Origin: Minisyncoccota bacterium
Lineage (GTDB): Bacteria > Patescibacteriota > Minisyncoccia > Phycocordibacterales > UBA2135
Direction of reading: 5' to 3'
DNA: 64,000 nt
Assembly: GCA_040879685.1 (NCBI GenBank)
Contig: JBBDJW010000005.1
Coordinates: 21,741-85,740 of the forward strand
Shown here: piece after piece, positions 57,274 to 64,000 of the stretch
How the letters are laid out: each line of letters begins with the position of its first letter
Numbering within the stretch: the first letter of the stretch is position 1
Program-made: the position numbers and the translations under genes
Notes under the pieces: model-generated
Seen by the model: the letters and a program-made list of their open reading frames with translations, nothing else
Database searches by the model: none
What the model was told of the DNA's origin: nothing

Positions 57274-58272
57274 ATGAACAACATTGATTTTCTTGCAATT
57301 GGTGACATAACCGCCGACGCGTTTATACGCCTTTCGGGGAATGATGCCGATATAATAAAAAATCCCAATGAAGAAGGGAGTAAAATTTGCTTTAATTTTG
57401 GCGATAAAATTGAATATGATTTTGTAAAACAAGTCTATGCTGTCGGTAATAGCCCCAATGCGGCAGTTTCTGCTGTACGGCTTGGACTCTCTTCATCTCT
57501 CCTTGCTAACGTAGGGAAGGATGATCTGGGGGAAAAGACCATTGCAACGCTAAAAGAAAACGGAGTTACTACATCCCTTATTCGCACTCACGCCGGTAAA
57601 AAAACAAATCAGCATTATGTCCTCTGGTATGGCGCGGAACGCACTATTCTCATCAACCACGAAGAATATCCGTATGAGCTTTCCAATATTGGAGATCCTC
57701 AATGGATTTATTTTTCATCCTTAGGAGAGAAGTCAATTGAGTTTCATCATGCGCTTGCCGCATGGCAAAAAGAGCATCCCAAAACAAAGCTTGCCTTTCA
57801 GCCGGGAACATTTCAAATTCGTCTTGGGAAAGACAAGCTCAAAGACCTCTACGAAGTAACTGAACTCTTTTTTTGTAATGTACAGGAAGCGCAACGTATT
57901 TTAGAAACTGAAGAATCTGATATTAAAGCGCTTTTGAAAAGCATGTGTGCACTCGGGCCACGCATCTCTATCATCACCGACGGTCCGCGCGGTGCCTATA
58001 CCTACGATGGAGAAGAAATCTGGCATATGCCAATGTATCCAGACCCGAAAGAGCCGCTTGATAGAACCGGTGCGGGTGATTCCTTTGCGAGCACCTTTAC
58101 CGCAATGCTCGCACTCGGAGAGAGTGTCCCCGAGGCGCTTCGTCGCGCTCCTATTAATTCAATGTCTGTCGTTCAGTATATCGGCGCACAAGAAGGCCTC
58201 CTCTCGCGCGAGGTACTTGAAGAGCATCTCAAAAACGCTCCCGCTGACTATAAAGCAACTAAAGTAGAGTAG
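57274..58272 (+). CDS. PfkB family carbohydrate kinase
   Basis: GNSPNAAV...RLG, GKDDLG, N..EA, TDGPRG, DRTGAGDSF. Start moved to ATG 57274. Confidence 0.92.
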   Translation: MNNIDFLAIGDITADAFIRLSGNDADIIKNPNEEGSKICFNFGDKIEYDFVKQVYAVGNSPNAAVSAVRLGLSSSLLANVGKDDLGEKTIATLKENGVTTSLIRTHAGKKTNQHYVLWYGAERTILINHEEYPYELSNIGDPQWIYFSSLGEKSIEFHHALAAWQKEHPKTKLAFQPGTFQIRLGKDKLKDLYEVTELFFCNVQEAQRILETEESDIKALLKSMCALGPRISIITDGPRGAYTYDGEEIWHMPMYPDPKEPLDRTGAGDSFASTFTAMLALGESVPEALRRAPINSMSVVQYIGAQEGLLSREVLEEHLKNAPADYKATKVE

Positions 58273-58285
58273 AAAAACAATCCCT

Positions 58286-58300
58286 GGACATCCGATGTCC
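58286..58300. repeat. REP-like palindrome family C between convergent genes
   Basis: GGACATC-C-GATGTCC, extendable with G.T pairs to 58279-58307. Confidence 0.75.
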
Positions 58301-58341
58301 GGGGGTTACTATACTCAAACACCTATTGTATATTTGTACGA

Positions 58342-59640
58342 TTACCGCTCTTGCCATTCCTTTTCCTGACGGACAAGCAGATGTTCTGCGTTCTCTTTAT
58401 CAGCAAGCAACTGCACAAGCGCTTTTTCCATCCGTATGCTTTGTGATGCCTTCAGAAGCACAACATCTCCTTCTTGTATAAAATCTGCCAGAAACTCCCC
58501 CGCTTCTTCCGAGCTTGCAAAATGATAGATATTTTTCTTGAGCATCTTTTTACGATATGCCTCTTCGCCCGCAAGTTCTGCGCGATGCCCCACACTCACA
58601 AGAATGTCTGCGTTGACCTTGGCAAGTGCTCCCATTTTTTTATGCTCATCGGCAGTGTACTTCCCAAGCTCAAGCATGTCTCCCAAAACCGCAATTTTCC
58701 TCCCTTGGGTCTTAATCTCACCAAGCGCCTCTAGTGATGCACGAAGCGCGGTTGGTGATGAGTTATAGGTGTCGTCAATAAGTGTTGTCCCCTTCACTCC
58801 TTCTAAGAGTTTCCCGCGCCCGGGTGGTAAAGATCGCTTACCAAGAATCTCAAGCATTTCAACCATATTCATCCCTAACGTGACGCCCACCGAAAAGGCG
58901 GCAAGAGCAGAGTAAATAGAAGCAATGCTAACACTTTCCATAATGCGCAACGGCAAAACCTTGTCACCATACTCTATGCGACAGCCAACTCCTTTCACCC
59001 TTCCTTTCTCGTCATATAATAATTCTTTATTCAAGGCTCTTACCATCGCTTCGCGGGCAAACCCAAACGAGATCACCTTCTTTTCTGGAATAGTTTGAAT
59101 AAGCCGTTTGACATCTTTATCATCAATAGTAAGAACCGCCGTTTTGCCCTCTTTAAGCACCTGTATAAGCGATGCTTTCTCTTCAATCAATGCTTCCCGA
59201 GACGGAAAAAACTCTATATGGACCGGTACATCGCCAAAGCGAGTAATAACGGCAATATCAGGCTTAAGCCAACGAGTGATCCGTGGAATATCTCCAGGGC
59301 GATCTGTCCCTACCTCAAGAACAAGTATTTTAGGATAATGATTTTTTAAAACAATCAGAAGTATTCCTTCAATGAGAATCTTAAACCATGTAGAGGCATT
59401 GTTCCAGCCACTCTCACAACCAAGGATGGTAAGTGGCACACCAAACTCGCTATTAAAACTTTTTTTACTTCTCTGTACAAAATATTTTTTTTCCAAAACA
59501 TCCGCGATAGCATCCTTACTTGTCGTCTTCCCTACGCTTCCCGTAATGGCAATAATCATTGGCTTATACTTACGCAGTACAAGCCATGCCTCAAAGGTAA
59601 GTAAAAAAATAATAATTGATTTAAATACTTTTTTAACCAT
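58342..59640 (-). CDS. murF: UDP-MurNAc-tripeptide D-Ala-D-Ala ligase
   Basis: AITGSVGKTTSK, FNSEFGVPLT, DDTYNSSP, LGDMLELG. Confidence 0.93.
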   Translation of the reverse strand: MVKKVFKSIIIFLLTFEAWLVLRKYKPMIIAITGSVGKTTSKDAIADVLEKKYFVQRSKKSFNSEFGVPLTILGCESGWNNASTWFKILIEGILLIVLKNHYPKILVLEVGTDRPGDIPRITRWLKPDIAVITRFGDVPVHIEFFPSREALIEEKASLIQVLKEGKTAVLTIDDKDVKRLIQTIPEKKVISFGFAREAMVRALNKELLYDEKGRVKGVGCRIEYGDKVLPLRIMESVSIASIYSALAAFSVGVTLGMNMVEMLEILGKRSLPPGRGKLLEGVKGTTLIDDTYNSSPTALRASLEALGEIKTQGRKIAVLGDMLELGKYTADEHKKMGALAKVNADILVSVGHRAELAGEEAYRKKMLKKNIYHFASSEEAGEFLADFIQEGDVVLLKASQSIRMEKALVQLLADKENAEHLLVRQEKEWQER

Positions 59641-59648
59641 AAAAGGGT

Positions 59649-61361
59649 TTAGCGATCCGGAGGAATTTCATAATAGGTAAGAAGAAATTTCATAATATCC
59701 ATAAAAGGATGAGTGAGTGTTTCTGAGGCATAACGAACTCCTTGAGGGTCAAGTATGTAGAGAAATACTAAAAACTTTGGTTCATACGCAGGCGCATACC
59801 CAAAAAACGAATGGAGGTGCCTGTCATCATAATACCCGCCCTCATCTTCTTTAGCAATTTGTGCTGTTCCTGTTTTTGCAGCAATGCTATAGCGAGGAAG
59901 CGCTACTACTCCGCCCAAAAGAGCTTCGTCAACCACTTCTACAAGCATCCTCGTTACCTCATAGGTACTTTCCTCTCGAAAGACACGCGTACGATCCCCA
60001 AATGAAATAAGTTGTATCGGGCGCAAGTCTCTCTCTATTGCATAGCCAGCATGGGGTGTAAGCATAACTCCTCCATTGGCCAGAGACGAGAGCGCACGCA
60101 CCATGGTGATTGGGGTTGTCGCAATACCTTGACCAAATGAAGCGGTTGCAAATTCAATATCACGAGAGCTCTCCAAGTTATTAACGAGCCCCCTCACCTC
60201 ACCGGGAAGGTCAATGCCTGTTTCTTCTCCAAATTCAAGTTTTTTAAAATATTCTCGAAACACATCTCTCCCCACTTCCTGCATAATGTGGACAGCTCCT
60301 GTATTGAGCGATTGATTTAAAATTTCCTGTAAGGGAACAATACCGCGCGCTTTTCCATCATAGTTTTCAATTCGCGCACTGTTAAGAACCACAAATCCTT
60401 TATCATTATACGTATCGTCTGAAGAGAGCGCACCACTATCAATTCCTACTGCCATAGTAAGTGGCTTCATGATAGAGCCAAACTCATAAACATTCTCAAC
60501 GAGAGGGTTGCCAAAGAGTGAAATGTCGGATTCTTCCTTGAATGTGTTTGGGTTAAAGGAGGGTCGTGAAGCCATGGCGTAGAGTGAGCCATCGGTTGGA
60601 TTTATGATAATACCCCCTGCGCCTCGCGCCCCATACTTTGTCATAACTTCAGCAAGAGTATTTTCAAGTATTTGCTGAACCTGTGGCTCAAGAGAGAGTA
60701 CAATATCACCCTCTCCTTTATTTTTATAAAAAAGGGTTTGTTCTATGTTTGCAAAAACTTCAGCAAAAAAATTTATATAGAGGTCTTTTTTGTCTCTTTG
60801 TAAAATATCATTATAATATCGCTCAACCCCATAGCGTCCACTAACTATGTCTCCTTTATACCCTATAAAACCAAGAACGTGCGCCGCTCTTTCTCCCCAT
60901 GGATAAAAACGCCACCTTCTCTTCTGCACAATAACTCCGGGAAGAGAAAGCGCGCTCACCCTTTCCGCCTCTTCTTTGCTCACTTTCTCTAAGAGTTCTT
61001 CATAGGGATCATCCTTCTTCCCCGCTCTAAAGAAAAAATCACCCTCTTCTAACGAGGGGAAAATGAGGGAGAGCTCTTTATACACTTTCCTTGCATCAGA
61101 AAGAACGCGAGGATTTATAGCAATAGTATAGCCGATCTGAAGTGTTGCTGCTGAAATGCGTGAACCGTCTTTTTGTTTAAAATAAATAAAGCCACGATCA
61201 TAAATATCCTGAGAAGGAGATACGTATTGACGATCAGCACGAAGCGCAAAAGATTCACCCTGGAGAATCTGAACAAAAAAAAGTTTCGTAATAAGCAAGC
61301 CAGCAATAAAAAGAGTGACTATATAAAAAAGAGTACTTCTCGTTCTAAACGAATTATTCAT
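59649..61361 (-). CDS. ftsI: Class B penicillin-binding protein (FtsI-like)
   Basis: DRG.I, RFYP, YEFGSIMK (SxxK), SLN, SFGQG, KTGTAQ, dcw context. Confidence 0.9.
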   Translation of the reverse strand: MNNSFRTRSTLFYIVTLFIAGLLITKLFFVQILQGESFALRADRQYVSPSQDIYDRGFIYFKQKDGSRISAATLQIGYTIAINPRVLSDARKVYKELSLIFPSLEEGDFFFRAGKKDDPYEELLEKVSKEEAERVSALSLPGVIVQKRRWRFYPWGERAAHVLGFIGYKGDIVSGRYGVERYYNDILQRDKKDLYINFFAEVFANIEQTLFYKNKGEGDIVLSLEPQVQQILENTLAEVMTKYGARGAGGIIINPTDGSLYAMASRPSFNPNTFKEESDISLFGNPLVENVYEFGSIMKPLTMAVGIDSGALSSDDTYNDKGFVVLNSARIENYDGKARGIVPLQEILNQSLNTGAVHIMQEVGRDVFREYFKKLEFGEETGIDLPGEVRGLVNNLESSRDIEFATASFGQGIATTPITMVRALSSLANGGVMLTPHAGYAIERDLRPIQLISFGDRTRVFREESTYEVTRMLVEVVDEALLGGVVALPRYSIAAKTGTAQIAKEDEGGYYDDRHLHSFFGYAPAYEPKFLVFLYILDPQGVRYASETLTHPFMDIMKFLLTYYEIPPDR

Positions 61362-61405
61362 ACTGATATACCTCTCTAAGCACTGTCCAAGCTCTCCTCA
61401 GATGA

Positions 61406-61717
61406 CTATTCTATACCAAGATTCCCAACAAGTTGTCGCTGAGATGCAAAGACTTGATTGCGAGGTTCATTAAAACCAAGTATATAAGCCTTTTGATACG
61501 TGATGTAGCTTCTTAGTGCGCCATACTCCCTCTCAAGCTCTCCCACCTGTGCAATAAGCTCTCCCATTTCATGCTCAAGAGACTCTCGCTGTACAATATT
61601 AATGATAAGTGCATTCACAAGATATCCGTATGCCATAAAAAAAACAACTACCAAGCACGCAAGGGAGATAACCAGCTGTTTCTTATTTATGTGGATAACG
61701 TTTTCAATGGATTTCAT
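61406..61717 (-). CDS. Putative cell division protein FtsL
   Basis: One TM helix plus leucine-zipper coiled coil, located between rsmH and ftsI. Confidence 0.7.
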   Translation of the reverse strand: MKSIENVIHINKKQLVISLACLVVVFFMAYGYLVNALIINIVQRESLEHEMGELIAQVGELEREYGALRSYITYQKAYILGFNEPRNQVFASQRQLVGNLGIE

Positions 61718-62603
61718 TTTTTTCAATAATTCTTAATTTTGCGCTTCGTGATTTGGGATTGTGCTCTCGCTCATAAGCGCTCGGAGTAATAGGTTTTTTA
61801 TGTATATGTGTGTACGTGCCGTTTTCAACCCACTTCTTAAATGTTTGTTTTACTATCCTATCCTCAAGAGAATGAAATGAGATGACTGCGACGCGACCAT
61901 GTGGTTTTAAAATTTCTGGAACCTGTTCTAAGAGTGCTTCAAGCGCTGAAAGTTCATCATTAACTGCAATGCGAAGTGCTTGAAAGACTCTTGTAGCTCT
62001 ATGTCCTCCTCCCCGGCGCGGCCCGGCAGGAACGCTTTTTAAAATAAGCTCTTGTAAATCTTTTGTTGTATCAAGAGGATGTTCTTTCCGCGTGGCAAGA
62101 ATAGTATCAGCTATCTTGGAGGCAAAAGGTTCTTCTCCGTATTCTTTAAAAATCTGCACAAGATCTTTCTTTCCCCAGCGATTAACTATTTCATAAGCAG
62201 TAAGAGCTCCTGTAGGAAAATCTTTTGTAAAGGTCATAAGAAGTGGTTCATCTTTTCTGAATGAAAAACCTCTTCCAGATTGTTCAATCTGCTCTGTCCG
62301 TAAGCCTAAATCAAGCACAAGGGCATCTATGGTGTTAAAAGAAAGCTTGGTAAGTATCTCTTTTAGATTCCTAAAATTTCCTTGTACAAAATGCTTTTCT
62401 GTCGGGAAACTCTTCAATCGTCTTTCCGCCTCTTTTAGTGCCGTCTCATCCTCGTCAATGCCAATCAGAACCCCTTTCTCACCGATAATTTCGCATATTT
62501 TTAAGGCATGGCCACCGTTACCGAGTGTGCCATCAACAACGACAAAGCCTCTCTTTAGATTCAAGCCTTTAATAACCTCTTGTAAAAGAACACTCTCGTG
62601 CAT
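61704..62603 (-). CDS. rsmH: 16S rRNA m4C1402 methyltransferase
   Basis: H.SVLL.E, DGTLGNGGH, RGFSF, FQALRIAVNDEL, SFHSLEDR, SRSAKLR. Confidence 0.97.
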   Translation of the reverse strand: MHESVLLQEVIKGLNLKRGFVVVDGTLGNGGHALKICEIIGEKGVLIGIDEDETALKEAERRLKSFPTEKHFVQGNFRNLKEILTKLSFNTIDALVLDLGLRTEQIEQSGRGFSFRKDEPLLMTFTKDFPTGALTAYEIVNRWGKKDLVQIFKEYGEEPFASKIADTILATRKEHPLDTTKDLQELILKSVPAGPRRGGGHRATRVFQALRIAVNDELSALEALLEQVPEILKPHGRVAVISFHSLEDRIVKQTFKKWVENGTYTHIHKKPITPSAYEREHNPKSRSAKLRIIEKNEIH

Positions 62604-62608
62604 GAAAA

Positions 62609-63043
62609 TTAGATCGCTCCAATCTCACCCAATTTTTCGGCAAGTGTATCTGCTTGGGTTTCAATATGTTTCTTGTAATCATTCCATGCCTTCTCGCCCC
62701 AAATCTCAACGTGCCCCCCTACTCCTACCAACACCACCTTACTTTTAAGTCCCGCAAACTCTTTCAAAAAATCAGGAACAAGAATTCTCCCAAGAGAATC
62801 AATGGAGGCATCAAGTGCGCCGGAGAGCATAAAACGAGTAAACCCTCTTGTATCTTTCTGCCCCATTGAAAGGGCACTTAATTTCTCTGCGACCTTTTCC
62901 CACTCTTTCTTTGAATAAACATATAAACAGTTATCAAAGCCGCGAGTAATGACAATGTTCTTACCAAATTCCTTTCTGAATTTCACAGGCAATGAAAGCC
63001 TTTTTTTCGCATCAATACTGTGTCTGTATTCACCAATCAACAT
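62609..63043 (-). CDS. mraZ: Transcriptional regulator MraZ
   Basis: GEY.HSIDAKKR..LP.KFR, D..GRILVP, EIW. Confidence 0.96.
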   Translation of the reverse strand: MLIGEYRHSIDAKKRLSLPVKFRKEFGKNIVITRGFDNCLYVYSKKEWEKVAEKLSALSMGQKDTRGFTRFMLSGALDASIDSLGRILVPDFLKEFAGLKSKVVLVGVGGHVEIWGEKAWNDYKKHIETQADTLAEKLGEIGAI

Positions 63044-63047
63044 ATTT

Positions 63048-63113
63048 CCCACTATTTACCACTTTCTTAAATTATATACTACTTTCTCCCACTTCACTAA
63101 AAAGTTATCCACA
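63048..63113 (-). promoter_or_regulatory. mraZ promoter with 10-bp-periodic GTGG MraZ boxes and a DnaA box
   Basis: GTGGG, GTGGT, GTAGT, GTGGG and GTGGA at 63052, 63062, 63082, 63092 and 63112. TATAAT at 63076-63071 and TTATCCACA at 63105-63113. Confidence 0.75.
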
Positions 63114-63114
63114 T

Positions 63115-63155
63115 CAATAAACCGCTAAAATCTAAAAGATTTTAGCGGTTTATTG
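63115..63155. terminator. 19-bp hairpin insulating the dcw promoter
   Basis: CAATAAACCGCTAAAATCT-AAA-AGATTTTAGCGGTTTATTG. Confidence 0.65.
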
Positions 63156-63443
63156 GTTTCTGAGAGTCTCTAGCTTTTCCAAAAGGCATGGTACAAGAGC
63201 GTCTCGGTGCACTTGCAAGGTTGTGCCTTTAAAAGGTTACTTACTTCAGTTAACTGAAGTAAGTCGTCTTTCAAACTTCACTCTCTAAATGCAGGGGTAT
63301 CTTTTTGTCCGAATCATCTCATTTCTTGGAGGTAACCTTGTTTAAAGCCCGACTTTAAAACAAGGTGAGTATTTGGATAATTGTAACGCACCTCTGTACC
63401 GCTCGTATAGTGTGTTAGCAACACATACGCCGAAGGGTGTAGA

Positions 63444-63929
63444 TTACGCAATTTTGATGACACTATAGGAAATATCTCCTTTCGGTGACCGGCAAAGCGC
63501 TTCCTCACCTTTTTTCTTTCCCATAAGTGCTTCACCTAACGGACAGCGATTTGAAATTTTTCCTTCTACAATATTTGATTCTTCCGCTCCAACAATTTCG
63601 TACGTCTTTGTAGAACTCTCTCCCTCCTTCTTAAGTGTTACCACCGAACCAATAGAGACAGAGTCAATCTTGTGATCCAAGACAACAACGGCGTTTTTAA
63701 GAACTGCCTCAATGGTGGCAATCCGCTCTTCAATACCGGCTTGTGCATCTCGCGCTTCCTGGTATTCAGCATTTTCTGATAGGTCGCCGAGGGATTTTGT
63801 GTATTCAAGCTTATCCGCAATTTCTTTTCGTTTTTCTGTTTTGAGCGTTTTAAGTTCTTTTGTAAGCTCATTTTGTTTCTCTTGACTTAAATATATTTTC
63901 CCCTCTTCGGCATTTTTTGCAATATCCAT
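63444..63929 (-). CDS. greA: Transcription elongation factor GreA
   Basis: GDLSENAEY..A, IVG.EE, IS...PLG.AL. Confidence 0.96.
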   Translation of the reverse strand: MDIAKNAEEGKIYLSQEKQNELTKELKTLKTEKRKEIADKLEYTKSLGDLSENAEYQEARDAQAGIEERIATIEAVLKNAVVVLDHKIDSVSIGSVVTLKKEGESSTKTYEIVGAEESNIVEGKISNRCPLGEALMGKKKGEEALCRSPKGDISYSVIKIA

Positions 63930-64000
63930 AATAGTAATTGTTTATTCTTATAGTTTATTCTTATATAGGTTTGGTTGATTATATACACAAATGGCTAAAT

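Noticed and set aside
63200-63400. Lysine riboswitch on the minus strand (AGAGGUGCG ... GACGCU)
   Set aside because: Only the terminal motifs resemble it. The internal GAAAGG, GCCGAA and CUGUC elements were not found, G.U pairs favour the opposite strand, and no lysine gene follows.
1-64000. Alternative genetic code 25 (TGA = Gly)
   Set aside because: Conserved genes are full-length under code 11 and several end correctly at TGA (smc, rsmH, grpE, scpB).

Overview
This is a 64-kb stretch of core chromosome from a small-genome bacterium, most likely Candidate Phyla Radiation / Parcubacteria. That assignment is inferred from the short Smc, NusB-NUDIX fusion, archaeal-type AspRS, trimmed RF1/UvrC/GluRS, a pilin-like gene, scant metabolism and genetic code 11. 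It carries thrS (partial), dnaE, rnhB, rpmF-nusB-rnc-smc, recR-dnaB, cysS, ctpA-rplI, rpmA, gltX, a split dcw cluster (mraY-ftsW-murG and mraZ-rsmH-ftsL-ftsI-murF), scpAB, aspS, trpS, grpE-dnaK-dnaJ, the infA-rpmJ-rpsMKD-rpoA-rplQ-rplM-rpsI operon, prfA, rpmE, rplY, fba, uvrB/A/C, trxB, a PfkB kinase and greA. No tRNA, rRNA or CRISPR array was recognised. The interesting signal lies between and inside the core genes. (1) A GxxExxY nuclease-family gene is exactly bounded by 34-bp inverted repeats made of four mirror-spaced heptamers, a candidate undescribed mini mobile element. (2) A truncated REP-associated tyrosine transposase sits beside a perfect REP doublet, with several families of dispersed REP-like palindromes. 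(3) Two promoter-driven candidate small hairpin RNAs are present, one ending in GCCA. (4) There is a dif-like site. (5) Extended -10 promoters that imply leaderless mRNAs are pervasive. (6) Smc lacks a recognisable hinge. (7) AspRS has a synonymously diverged C-terminal duplication. All calls are by eye, with no database searches.
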